64,000 nucleotides of DNA from an uncultured Clostridium sp. (GCA_945946655.1 CAMEWM010000003.1:28109-92108), one strand, 5' to 3'. Shown: positions 29,697-39,969, counted from the first letter of the stretch. The notes: generated by a model not told the origin, from the letters alone. Made by a program: numbers and translations.

Positions 29697-31658
29697 TTAT
29701 ATTTGTTTTAATTTTCCTGATTTGTAAAATTTTAATAGTTCTTGTAAATCTTTAATTTCATTTTTTAGTTTTTTCCCAATATCTGTGTCTCCTACTGTTT
29801 TTCTTGTTATTCCAGTTTTCTTTACAATTAACTCTGAAATAATATCTTTTTCTTCTACAATAGCCTTTTCTACAGATTCAAAAGGCTTATTTTGGTTTAG
29901 TAATAATCCATTAGAATTATATGTCAATACGTATCCTGCATTGCCCGTTTTTTTCTGATAGCTTTTGGCAAATCCCCCATCAATCACTAACAATTTTCCA
30001 TTTGCTCTTATTGGGCTTTCTCCATCTTTTGCTTTTACTGGAATATGTCCATTTACTATATGAGATTCATTTTCATCTAATCCAAATTCTCTTAAAATTT
30101 TATTGCATATATCCTCTCTGCTTGTTAAGTAATAATATGGATTTTTAGCCTCTTTATGTGTTTCCTCATTTTTTACAAAGTAACTTTCAAATGTTGCCAT
30201 CTTATCTCTACCAAAAAATGGAGAGTCTGGAGAAATCCATAAATACCACATTATGTCTAATGTATCTTCATCAATGTTGTCCCTATTAAAATATATTTCT
30301 TTAATTTTTTCATTAATTCTATCTAAATATTGCTTCCCTTTAACTCTTTTTCCTAAAAATTCTACTTCTTTAAATTCGCCATTGTCCTCCATTGGTATGC
30401 ATGCATGGAATAATAAATTAGAATTAAATATTGTATAGACTTCTCCTTTTTGGCACAAAAAGCTAATATGATCATTTAATTTAGGACTATGCTTGAAAGA
30501 ATCACAAAGTCTTTCCATTATTTCATTTTCTTCTGTTGTTAACTCATATGGATTTTCCGGATCTATTGTCGGGAAATTTATATCATTTAATTCATATTTT
30601 TCTCCATCAATTACTACATAACCTTTTTTTAAATTCATTTTATCTAATAGCAATCTATTTTCCATATGGTATTCTGGATGTTTTTTTATAACTTGTCCTT
30701 CTATCTTAAATTGTATTATAGTGATTGCTTTATGTATTTTTGCAATACTAGTTTTATCGCTATCATCATATTTACTTTCATCATAAACTTTTGGCATAAA
30801 GTTTATGCAGTCATCATTTTTATATTTTTCCATTGCAAATGTTGCTAGTGGTCTTATATTTATTCCATATCCATCTTCTAAAATTGCTATATTATTGTAT
30901 CTTGCGCAGATTCTTATAACTGTAGCTATATTTGCCTTATTACCACAGGTAGCACCCATCCACGAAATATCATGGTTTCCCCATTGCATATCTACACTAT
31001 GAAAGTTCTTTATTCTCTCTATTACTAAATCTGGATGCTGTCCTCTATCATATACATCACCAATTATATGTAGATGATCAATAGCCATTCTCTTTATAAG
31101 ATTTGACAATGCTATTATAAAACTATCAGCTTGGTCTAGCTCTATTATAGTTTTAATAATTGCTTTATAATATCTTTCTTTATCTTTTTCATTACCTGTT
31201 TGCGAATTTAGCAACTCATCTATTACATATTCAAATCCATTTGTAATAGCTTTTCTCACTTTCGATCTTGTATATTTAGAGCTAACTTTTTTAGCGACTT
31301 CAACCAATCTATATAATGTAATGTTATACCATTCGTTTAAGTCCTCTACTTCCTTCTTCATAAGTTTTAATTTTTCCTCTGGATAATAAATTAAAGTAGC
31401 AAGTGTGGCTCTTTCTTTTTTAGTTATAGTATTTTCATATAAATCATCTATTTTGCTTTTAATTATACCTCCACCGTTATTTAAAATATGTTCAAAAGGC
31501 TCATATTCTCCATGTATATCACTTAAGAATATCTCTGTTCCTTTTGGTAGATTAATTATCGCTTGTAAATTTATAATTTCTTCTGCAACTTCATTTATAT
31601 TTTTGTATTCTTTACTCAATAGTTTTAAATATTTTTCTTCATCATATTCATTTTCCAT
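29697..31658 (-). CDS. fbp: Fructose-1,6-bisphosphatase class 3
   Basis: Class III FBPase signature (KYLKLLSKEY...LPKGTEIFLSDIHGEY). Start assigned to the internal Met at 31658, which is preceded by AGGAGG; the track ORF extends to 31706. Confidence 0.9.
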   Translation of the reverse strand: MENEYDEEKYLKLLSKEYKNINEVAEEIINLQAIINLPKGTEIFLSDIHGEYEPFEHILNNGGGIIKSKIDDLYENTITKKERATLATLIYYPEEKLKLMKKEVEDLNEWYNITLYRLVEVAKKVSSKYTRSKVRKAITNGFEYVIDELLNSQTGNEKDKERYYKAIIKTIIELDQADSFIIALSNLIKRMAIDHLHIIGDVYDRGQHPDLVIERIKNFHSVDMQWGNHDISWMGATCGNKANIATVIRICARYNNIAILEDGYGINIRPLATFAMEKYKNDDCINFMPKVYDESKYDDSDKTSIAKIHKAITIIQFKIEGQVIKKHPEYHMENRLLLDKMNLKKGYVVIDGEKYELNDINFPTIDPENPYELTTEENEIMERLCDSFKHSPKLNDHISFLCQKGEVYTIFNSNLLFHACIPMEDNGEFKEVEFLGKRVKGKQYLDRINEKIKEIYFNRDNIDEDTLDIMWYLWISPDSPFFGRDKMATFESYFVKNEETHKEAKNPYYYLTSREDICNKILREFGLDENESHIVNGHIPVKAKDGESPIRANGKLLVIDGGFAKSYQKKTGNAGYVLTYNSNGLLLNQNKPFESVEKAIVEEKDIISELIVKKTGITRKTVGDTDIGKKLKNEIKDLQELLKFYKSGKLKQI

Positions 31659-31702
31659 AATTAACCTCCTTAACTTATAAATCTTAATGGAGCTACTATT
31701 AA

Positions 31703-32239
31703 TCATAATAGACTTTTCTCATAATATCTTTTTAAGAAATTCCATGGCCCTGTTTTATCTGTTATTCCATCATAATTATTGTTAATTCTATCAATTATTT
31801 CCTGTCTTGTAAACCACCTTATATCTGATACTTCATCCTCTTGTAGTTTTATCTTAGATATGTCTACATCTTTATTTACAATATAGCACTCATTGAAATG
31901 ATTATTGATTATATTTTTTTGAATATTTGTGGAAGTTGACCCTACTAGATACATTATTTCTGTTTTTGATATATCAAGTCCTAGCTCTTCTCTCATTTCT
32001 CTGATTAATGCTTGATATCCAAACTCTCCTGCTAATACATGTCCCCCAGCTGTAATGTCCCACAAGTTTGGCCATAACTTTTTATTAGCACTTCTTTTTT
32101 GTAATAATACATCTCCATTTTTATTAAATATAAAACCATATATTGCTCTGTGCCATAATCCTTGTTCATGACAAACTTCCCTGGTTTCAACTCTTCCAGT
32201 AAATTCACCATGCTCATTTAATACATCAAAATATTCCAT
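31703..32239 (-). CDS. NUDIX hydrolase
   Basis: Nudix box GGHVLAGEFGYQALIREMREELGL (Gx5Ex7REUxEExGU). Confidence 0.85.
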   Translation of the reverse strand: MEYFDVLNEHGEFTGRVETREVCHEQGLWHRAIYGFIFNKNGDVLLQKRSANKKLWPNLWDITAGGHVLAGEFGYQALIREMREELGLDISKTEIMYLVGSTSTNIQKNIINNHFNECYIVNKDVDISKIKLQEDEVSDIRWFTRQEIIDRINNNYDGITDKTGPWNFLKRYYEKSLL

Positions 32240-32338
32240 AGTATTTCTCCTTTTAAATATTCATAATTTTCCTTATCCAATTATAAGTTTTTATCCGTAT
32301 AAATCTAAAATATCATCTTGTACTATATATTATCATCA

Positions 32339-33214
32339 TTATTCTAATCCTTTTAGAATCCCATATACCATTGAAATATCAGTTGGCACAACATATTTTG
32401 CTCCAATTTCTTCTGCCACTACTAGAACAAAAGCACACATTGCTCTTGTGGCATACCACCAATCAGGATCATTAACTTTTTTTCTTATTTCATCTAAAGA
32501 TATTTCCTTGTAATACCTTTCAGTATCTTTTCTTCTTGTTTCTATATCCATCATTATTGGTGATGCATTATCTTTATATAGAATATTTTTCTCATACTTT
32601 ATGCCAGACATTCTTGCAAATTTCTCATGTCCTCCACCAGATAGTATTAATATGTCTGCCTTTTCTTTTGGTAAATTTAGTCTTTCTCTTATAAAATTCT
32701 TTACTTCTTCTATATCTGTTGTTGCATAATCTCCTGCCAAATCCGGAAAATCCTGCATTACATCAATAACTCCAATCTTAGTATTTACACTTTCTTTTAT
32801 TTCATTATCATATATTGCAATCTCTGTTGAGCCTCCTCCACCAATAAATACACATGCTCTATCTTTTATAAACCTTGTTGCTCCATACACAGTAAGTTCA
32901 TTTTCTCTTTCCTGCGAAATAATGTCAAAATTATATCCAGTTTCGTTTTTAAATCTAGTTAAAAAATCGTTTCTCTCTACATCATCTAAAGTTCTAAAAA
33001 TACTTGTTCCACATACATATATATCTTTAGAAATGCATTTTAGATCATTTATGCTCTTTACTAATTCTTTTATATCACTTTCTCTCAATTCTTTATCTTC
33101 ATTATAATGTTTTTTGAATTGTATTGTTTTTCCTTCCAATTTTTTTATGTTTTCACCATCAAATTGGTCAATTTTTGTACATGTTGAACCTACTTCTACA
33201 ATTATTTTATTCAT
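32339..33214 (-). CDS. Ppx/GppA-family phosphatase (ASKHA fold, N-terminal domain only)
   Basis: IIVEVGSTCTKI (phosphate-1 loop) and VFIGGGGSTEIAIY (phosphate-2 loop, DIGGGSTE-like). Confidence 0.65.
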   Translation of the reverse strand: MNKIIVEVGSTCTKIDQFDGENIKKLEGKTIQFKKHYNEDKELRESDIKELVKSINDLKCISKDIYVCGTSIFRTLDDVERNDFLTRFKNETGYNFDIISQERENELTVYGATRFIKDRACVFIGGGGSTEIAIYDNEIKESVNTKIGVIDVMQDFPDLAGDYATTDIEEVKNFIRERLNLPKEKADILILSGGGHEKFARMSGIKYEKNILYKDNASPIMMDIETRRKDTERYYKEISLDEIRKKVNDPDWWYATRAMCAFVLVVAEEIGAKYVVPTDISMVYGILKGLE

Positions 33215-33320
33215 TTAGATCTCCTATATCATAAAAATATTTTTTACATTCTATCATATAACCATAAAAAAAGGAAGTGTCTTGTAAACACTCCAAATAA
33301 TTTTAATAGTAAGATTTCCT

Positions 33321-34697
33321 CTACTTCTTCAAATTTAGCACTGCCACACACTCCACATGTTTCGTAAATGGAAACATATCTACTGGTTGTATTCTATTTA
33401 TATTATAAATTTCTTCCATCTTTGATAAATCTCTAACCATAGTCGCAGGGTTGCAACTTATATAAACTAATTTCTCGGGTTTAATTTTTAATATGTTTTG
33501 TATTGTTTTATCGTCTAGTCCCTTTCTTGGTGGATCTACAATTATTGCCGTTGGAACAATGTTCTTTTTATTTATTAGCTCATCAAAAGAAATTTCTACA
33601 TCACCAACCATGAATTCTGCATTTTTTATATTATTTATTCTAGCATTTTCTACTGCATCATTAATAGCCTGAGGCACTATTTCTATTCCATAAACCTGTT
33701 TTACATATTTTGATGCAAATATACCTATTGTACCTATTCCACAATATAAATCAAATAATACATCATCCTTGCTTAAGCTTGCTGCTTCTATTGCTGTATT
33801 ATACAATATTTCTGCTTGCACTGGATTTACTTGGTAGAATGACATTGGTGATATTTTAAATGTATATTCTCCCAATTTATCCTCTATATATCCATCGCCA
33901 TATAAATTAATATTTTCTTTTCCTAGTATAACATTAGTGTTTTCATTATTAATATTTTTCACTATAGTCTTTATTTCAGGATATTGAGCGCACAATACTT
34001 TTACAATATCATGTTCTATCTCATTATTTGCTTTTTTCTCATTTACTACTAATATACACATTACTTGATTTGTATATTTTCCTACTTTTACTACTATATG
34101 CCTAAATAATCCTGTTTGTTTTTCTTCATTATATACTGATATATTTTTTTCTCTTATAAAATTTAAGATTGTTTTGGCAATTCTTTGTGATACTTCAGTT
34201 TGTATCTTGCAACTTTCTATCGGGATAATAGTATGTGTCCTTTGTGCAAATACTCCAATATCTGGCATTCCCTCTTTATTTAGTCCAACAGGATATTGTG
34301 CTTTATTTCTATAATTGTATGGATTATCCATTCCTATTGTAGATTCTACTGTAATTTTATTCTTTAAGTTCTTGTTTACTAGGCTTTGCACTGTTTCTTT
34401 TTTTAGCTTCAAAGTGTTTTCATATGTCATATGTCTTAAATCACATCCGCCACATCTCTGATATGTAGAGCAATCTACTTCTACTCTATTTTCCGAAGCC
34501 TCTATTATTTGGATTAATTTTCCATAGGCTTGAGAAGACAATACTTTCACAATTAATATTTTACATTTTTCTCCCTTTATAGCATTTGGTATGAATATAG
34601 TAAAACCATCAATTTTAGCAATGCCTTCTCCTCCAAAGCCATTGTCCACTATATCAACTATGTATGTTTCATTCTTTTTTACTGGAATTTTATTCAT
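33321..34697 (-). CDS. rlmD: 23S rRNA (uracil-C5)-methyltransferase RlmD/RumA family (TRAM domain, 4Fe-4S, SAM MTase)
   Basis: N-terminal TRAM. Cys cluster (C..CGGCDLRHM). C-terminal MTase with DPPRKG motif and nucleophile Cys (YISCNP). Confidence 0.9.
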   Translation of the reverse strand: MNKIPVKKNETYIVDIVDNGFGGEGIAKIDGFTIFIPNAIKGEKCKILIVKVLSSQAYGKLIQIIEASENRVEVDCSTYQRCGGCDLRHMTYENTLKLKKETVQSLVNKNLKNKITVESTIGMDNPYNYRNKAQYPVGLNKEGMPDIGVFAQRTHTIIPIESCKIQTEVSQRIAKTILNFIREKNISVYNEEKQTGLFRHIVVKVGKYTNQVMCILVVNEKKANNEIEHDIVKVLCAQYPEIKTIVKNINNENTNVILGKENINLYGDGYIEDKLGEYTFKISPMSFYQVNPVQAEILYNTAIEAASLSKDDVLFDLYCGIGTIGIFASKYVKQVYGIEIVPQAINDAVENARINNIKNAEFMVGDVEISFDELINKKNIVPTAIIVDPPRKGLDDKTIQNILKIKPEKLVYISCNPATMVRDLSKMEEIYNINRIQPVDMFPFTKHVECVAVLNLKK

Positions 34698-34712
34698 TTT
34701 CTTTTTCCTCTT

Positions 34713-35765
34713 TTAAACAATAAATTTTCCTATTTTAGGAATTCTCGATAGAATGTATGATGGAATCGCACTTAATATATATATAATTATAGTGGCTATT
34801 GGAATAGATAATATTACTGGCCATTGTAATAAACTTATATTTAATTTACTCATAATTACTATATACATTGGATGTATTAAATATACTCCTAGCGAAAGTT
34901 TTGTCCATTTATTTATGATTACTTGAGTCTTCTCAGCAAATCTTTTTTTCAAAAATATTTGCTTTACCATACAAAATACAGCCATGGAATTTAAGCATAC
35001 TGGAGCAGACAAAGCATTATAAAAAACAGTTGGTAATTTATAATCAGTAATTTTTAAATATCTAGTCCCTAGTATAATGAAAATTACAGATAATATTCCC
35101 AAGACATATAATATGTACCTTGTATGCTTTTTAATATCATACTTACTTAAATAATAGCCTAATATGTAATATCCAACAAATCCTAAGAAGAAATCTATGT
35201 GGAAATTTGCATATATTATATCCAAATTAGAAAATATCGGTAGTTTTATTATCATATTTAAGCAACATTCAGATATAAACCAAATTATCAAGAAATACTC
35301 TATTATTTTTTTGTTCTCAGGTTTTGTAATTAGTTTAATTATTGGTGTTGCTAGGTACAGACCAATTAACATATATAAATACCATAAATGGTAATGCCCA
35401 TTTATAAAACTCATAATAAAATACTTTGTACTAATGTCCGGTGTTAATAAAGCTCTATCCAATATTGCATAAAAAGCAGACCAGATTACTAGCATAATCA
35501 TTACTCTTTTTATATATTTCTTAAATATTTTCGATATTTTAATTTCTTTTTCTTCGGGAAGAAGTAACATGCCTGTTACCATTACAAATATTGGAACTCC
35601 CCACCTGACAATCGAGTCATATATATTTATAATATTCCATTCTTTACTAGTTGCATCTATCATATACCAATCTATCGCTGATACATGTAATAACACTACT
35701 GCTATGCTTGCAACAATTTTAAGTATATTTGCGTATAGTATTTTTTCTCCATTTTTTTCTTCCAT
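34713..35765 (-). CDS. Acyltransferase family 3 integral membrane protein (OatA/WecH-like, no SGNH domain)
   Basis: 350 aa with about 10 TM. N-terminal conserved His in the LLHVS context, typical of acyltransferase-3 O-acyltransferases. Confidence 0.85.
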   Translation of the reverse strand: MEEKNGEKILYANILKIVASIAVVLLHVSAIDWYMIDATSKEWNIINIYDSIVRWGVPIFVMVTGMLLLPEEKEIKISKIFKKYIKRVMIMLVIWSAFYAILDRALLTPDISTKYFIMSFINGHYHLWYLYMLIGLYLATPIIKLITKPENKKIIEYFLIIWFISECCLNMIIKLPIFSNLDIIYANFHIDFFLGFVGYYILGYYLSKYDIKKHTRYILYVLGILSVIFIILGTRYLKITDYKLPTVFYNALSAPVCLNSMAVFCMVKQIFLKKRFAEKTQVIINKWTKLSLGVYLIHPMYIVIMSKLNISLLQWPVILSIPIATIIIYILSAIPSYILSRIPKIGKFIV

Positions 35766-35777
35766 TACATTTCCTTT

Positions 35778-35942
35778 TAAATCTCATTGTTTATATCTTT
35801 TATTTTTTTATTTAATTCTTTTTCATCTTCTTTATTTTCCAATATTGTTTCTAGTACACCTAAGTCAAAGTCAGAAGAAATTTTCTTCAAATATTTTTCT
35901 CCTTCGTCTAGTCCTAAGTCTTTAAATGTCTTTTCTTTCATG
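35778..35942 (-). CDS. Small acidic protein, 54 aa (MKEKTFKDLGLDEGEKYLKKISSDFDLGVLETILENKEDEKELNKKIKDINNEI); below the ORF-track size cutoff
   Basis: Hand-translated. ATG at 35942 with AAAGGA about 9 nt upstream. It lies 24 nt after the stop of the 1280-aa gene and ends 13 nt before the acyltransferase start. No Cys. Confidence 0.35.
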
Positions 35943-35966
35943 TTTTGCCATCCTTTCTCTGCAAAG

Positions 35967-38900
35967 TTATTTAAAGTTTTCTATTAGCTGTTCTTCGCTT
36001 ATCTCTTTATTATTATATAGAAAATCTACTACTTTGTCCATTTTTTCTTTATTTTCTGTTATTATATTGATGACATCCTTAAAGCACTCTTCTAATATCT
36101 CATTAACCTCTTTTAATACATCTTGAGACAATTCTGTATCCTCATTTTCAATTTGTGCTAATCCAAATTTTGACATTCCATAACGTGTTACCATGTTTCT
36201 TGCAATTCTAGTTGCGTGTTCTAAGTCACTAGTATTTCCATTACAATATTCTCCTAAGTATACTTTTTCTGCTCCCATTCCAGCAAGCGATACTTTTATC
36301 ATATTTAGCAGTTCTGTTTTTGATTGAGTATAACCACTTGTTCCTTTATGAGCTACATACCCTAGCGTGCCAGTTCCTTCAGCATTTATTGTAATTTTCT
36401 TTATTCCAGGTTCTTTAAATAGTATCAATCTTAAAATTGCATGCCCCACTTCATGTATAGCAGTATTTTTCTGTGCCTCTTCAGTTATCTTGCTTGGATC
36501 AATCATTGATTGTCCTCTAAAAATACATGAAGTCATCTCTTGTATAGTTGGAATGTCTTGCTGCTTTATAGTAATAATATCATCTGAATTATTTTTTGCA
36601 TGTTTCATTAATATTTCTTGTAGTAACTTATCAACAAATCTACCATTTCCTATATTATCAACGTTGCAAAAATATTTTATTACTTTTTTCACGTCTTCTT
36701 TTGCACTTTCTTCTATTTTCATTCCTGTATTTTCAATCTTTTTATACAGAATAGATTCTAATTCACTATCGTTATAATCGGGGAAGTCAAATGTATAACC
36801 TATTCTCGAAGCTATTCCTGGGTTACTATCTACAAAATCCTTCATCTCTTTTTTGTATCCTGCAAAGATTACTACAAATTCTCCCTTATGATCTTCCATT
36901 GCCTTTATTAATGTTGCTATTGCTTCTGCACCAAAATCATATTGTGCTCCTTTCCCTTGAGTAAGGCTATAAGCCTCATCAATGAACAATACTCCTCCCA
37001 TTGCTTTTTCAATTACTTCTGACGTTTTCGGTGCTGTCTGCCCAACATATCCTGCTATTAAATCTTTTCTTTCTACTTCTATCAACTTGTTTTCATGTAT
37101 TATTCCTAAGTCGAATAACATCTTAGCCATTATTCTTGCTATGGTTGTTTTTCCTGTTCCAGGATTTCCTGTAAACACCATATGCATATTCTGTGCTGCT
37201 ATATCTATTTCATAGTTTTGAGCCTTCTTTAAAAATCTTACATATGATTCAAAATCTTTAATTTTTTTCTTTAGATCTTCTAACCCTATAACATTATTCA
37301 GTAATTTATCTACTTCAGTTGCATCTTGAACGTCATTATTGGTTAGCTCTTCTATTGTTGGTATGTCAGCTTCACTAATAGATGTTATTTTTTCATTTTC
37401 ATTCTTAGAATGTTTCATAATTGTCTCTTGTACTAATTTATCTACAAATCTGCCATTTCCAAACATCTTTCTCTTTGAATAATATGAAAATATACCTAAT
37501 AATTTATTATCTAAGTTTTCAGATAACTCAAATCCCATATTTTTCATCTTGATTTTATATATTTCTAGAAGTTCTTCTTCTGTATAATCTGGAAAGTCAA
37601 ATGTATAGCCTATTCTTGATGCTATTCCTGAATTACTATCGATAAAAGTTTTCATTTCATCTTTATACCCTGCAAAAATTACTACAAATTCTCCTTTATG
37701 ATCTTCCATTGCCTTTATTAATGTCGCTATTGCTTCTGCACCAAAGTCTGAGGAACTTCCTTTTACTTGAGCAAGACTATAAGCTTCATCAATAAACAAT
37801 ACTCCTCCCATTGCTTTGTCTATTACTTCTGACGTTTTCGGTGCTGTCTGCCCAATATAAGGTGCTATTAAATCTTTTCTTTCTACTTCTATCAATTTAT
37901 TTTCACGTATCATACCTAAATCATATAGCATTTTTGCCATTATTCTTGCTATTGTCGTCTTGCCAGTTCCTGGATTTCCTGTAAACACCATATGCATATT
38001 TACATTCGCTAAATTTATTCCATTAGCCTTCGCTTTTACTTGGAAAAGCATATATTGTTCAAATTCTTTCAATTTGTTTTTTACGTTTGATAAACCAATT
38101 ATGTTCTTTAAACTTTCTTCCACAGATTCCTTTTTATACATATTATCTGGAAAAACAACTTTATTCTTTGAATTACTATAAATAGCAAGATATCTTGCCA
38201 ATTCATTATTAGAAAATGGTAAGAATTTCTCGTTAAAACTTACAAAGTCAATGAATTGTTTTTTATACTCATCTTTATTCTCTCTTAAGTTTCTAATTAG
38301 ACTATCTTTTAAAGAACTTGAATATACTTCAAACATTTCATCTATTGTTATTTTTGGGAATTTAAACCTATAGCTTTGATACACAAACTTCAATCTTGGG
38401 TCTAATCCTATTAAGTTATCTATTTCTTCCTCTGTTCCAACTAGTATTATATAGTGTTCCAAGTACAATGATGTTAGAATTTCTATTATATTTTCATATT
38501 GTTTTCTTTTTATCTCTTTGTATTCTCCAATTCCTATAGTGGCATCTTTATATAGTTTATAGTCATCAACAAACTCTTTTATACCTGTCAATACATATAA
38601 TTTACCTTCTTCTATATCAATACGTCTAACTTCCGAATAAGAATTTATAGGTTCATATGGTGGTCTTGCTGTAATTCCATAAGTTGTCCTTGCAGCTAAA
38701 TTTTGCATACTGATACTAATAGGATTCTCCGTCTTTGTTTTCCCATATCTATATAATACTTTTGATATCTTTTTAATAAATTCAGTCTTTCCAACACCTC
38801 TATCTCCTTCTATTGTACAATGTAAGTTTTGTTGAAATTTATTTGTCATGATTTCGATTAAACTATTTACATTCAGTATTTTCTCATTATATTTTAATAT

Positions 38901-39809
38901 CTCATCAAGTTGCTTTTTTCTGTCAAAATCAAGTTGTTCTATTTTATCTTCTATCATTTTTTTATTTTCAAGATTCATTCTTTCTTGATTCTGATGATAG
39001 TAATCTCTCTCTTCTTGTATTTTATCTTCTCTGCCGATTTTCTTGAGGTAATAAATATATCCAGCTATTAAACTTGGACAAGCTTCAAGTCTACAACTAT
39101 ATGTATTACAAAGATAAGTTGGATTTTTCGTCTCTCGTGTTAGATATGTATAATTTTTCCATTCCTTTTTTTTCAAGCCATTTATATCACATGCAATATT
39201 TCTAAAATCTAAACAACTCAATTGCGAATTAATAGTTATACGTTTTTCTTTATTCAATGAATTAGTTACCCATATCATTTCTTTTTTTACTAACTCATTA
39301 CAGAAATCAAATACTTTATCTGGGACTCTTTTTAATCCTTCGTCAAACTGCCAAACGAAGTCAAATTCGTCATAGACTTCATTGCTTTTTCTAAATTCTT
39401 CTCTATCTTTTAATTTATCATCAAATTCACCTTTTTGTTTTAAATATGCTATATATCCCATTATATTTTTAGGACATTTTTGGAATCTACACCCAATGCA
39501 AACATTATCTATATTGCCTTTTAATGTAAAAACGCTCTTTGTTTTTTGAAATATATTGTTTTCATCCAGAATACCTTTTTTATTCTCTACTGCGTCTAAC
39601 AAATCTTTTGTAGAATGCTTTTTACTACATAAATTTATTATATTCGATTCAATTAATACTTCTCCATTTTTACCTGCGCTTAATGATACTTCACCATTTG
39701 CTAATAAGTACTCACACAGCTTTAATGTGTCATCTGATACATATCTTAGTCCATTTAGTGCCTTATCTTCAAAATTAATGTTTTTATTAGTTTCATTCAT
39801 CTCTCCCAT
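35967..39809 (-). CDS. Large cytosolic multi-ATPase/protease: N-terminal duplicated Cys-motif domain, P-loop NTPase, two tandem CbbX/SpoVK-type AAA+ modules, C-terminal FtsH-like (M41) HExxH peptidase domain
   Basis: 1280 aa, no TM. Cys motifs CIGCRFQKCP...GYIAYLKQKG and CNTYSCRLEACP...GYIYYLKKIG. Walker A GDRGVGKT. Two copies of MHMVFTGNPGTGKTTIARIMAKML with Walker B VLFIDEAYSL and arginine-finger region. C-terminal IHEVGHAI with downstream E/D ligand (LEHATRIARNMV), resembling FtsH HEAGHA. Confidence 0.85.
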   Translation of the reverse strand: MGEMNETNKNINFEDKALNGLRYVSDDTLKLCEYLLANGEVSLSAGKNGEVLIESNIINLCSKKHSTKDLLDAVENKKGILDENNIFQKTKSVFTLKGNIDNVCIGCRFQKCPKNIMGYIAYLKQKGEFDDKLKDREEFRKSNEVYDEFDFVWQFDEGLKRVPDKVFDFCNELVKKEMIWVTNSLNKEKRITINSQLSCLDFRNIACDINGLKKKEWKNYTYLTRETKNPTYLCNTYSCRLEACPSLIAGYIYYLKKIGREDKIQEERDYYHQNQERMNLENKKMIEDKIEQLDFDRKKQLDEILKYNEKILNVNSLIEIMTNKFQQNLHCTIEGDRGVGKTEFIKKISKVLYRYGKTKTENPISISMQNLAARTTYGITARPPYEPINSYSEVRRIDIEEGKLYVLTGIKEFVDDYKLYKDATIGIGEYKEIKRKQYENIIEILTSLYLEHYIILVGTEEEIDNLIGLDPRLKFVYQSYRFKFPKITIDEMFEVYSSSLKDSLIRNLRENKDEYKKQFIDFVSFNEKFLPFSNNELARYLAIYSNSKNKVVFPDNMYKKESVEESLKNIIGLSNVKNKLKEFEQYMLFQVKAKANGINLANVNMHMVFTGNPGTGKTTIARIMAKMLYDLGMIRENKLIEVERKDLIAPYIGQTAPKTSEVIDKAMGGVLFIDEAYSLAQVKGSSSDFGAEAIATLIKAMEDHKGEFVVIFAGYKDEMKTFIDSNSGIASRIGYTFDFPDYTEEELLEIYKIKMKNMGFELSENLDNKLLGIFSYYSKRKMFGNGRFVDKLVQETIMKHSKNENEKITSISEADIPTIEELTNNDVQDATEVDKLLNNVIGLEDLKKKIKDFESYVRFLKKAQNYEIDIAAQNMHMVFTGNPGTGKTTIARIMAKMLFDLGIIHENKLIEVERKDLIAGYVGQTAPKTSEVIEKAMGGVLFIDEAYSLTQGKGAQYDFGAEAIATLIKAMEDHKGEFVVIFAGYKKEMKDFVDSNPGIASRIGYTFDFPDYNDSELESILYKKIENTGMKIEESAKEDVKKVIKYFCNVDNIGNGRFVDKLLQEILMKHAKNNSDDIITIKQQDIPTIQEMTSCIFRGQSMIDPSKITEEAQKNTAIHEVGHAILRLILFKEPGIKKITINAEGTGTLGYVAHKGTSGYTQSKTELLNMIKVSLAGMGAEKVYLGEYCNGNTSDLEHATRIARNMVTRYGMSKFGLAQIENEDTELSQDVLKEVNEILEECFKDVINIITENKEKMDKVVDFLYNNKEISEEQLIENFK
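36782..38000. repeat. Intragenic tandem duplication (two roughly 410-bp, highly similar segments with 810-bp period) encoding the two CbbX-type AAA+ modules
   Basis: 36782-37190 and 37591-38000 share long identical runs (e.g. actacaaattctcc[c/t]ttatgatcttccattgcctttattaatgt[t/c]gctattgcttctgcaccaaa; ttcctgtaaacaccatatgcatatt). Confidence 0.8.
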
Positions 39810-39969
39810 ATTTTCTTACGTTCCTTTCCATATTTACATATAGTATAACATAATGAATAATTATTTGAAAGATTATGCCAGTACAAATTTTTTTAATAAT
39901 TTTTGAATTTCTATTGACAATAAAAGTATAAATGTGCTAATATAAATAAGTGTTAACAATAATGCACAT

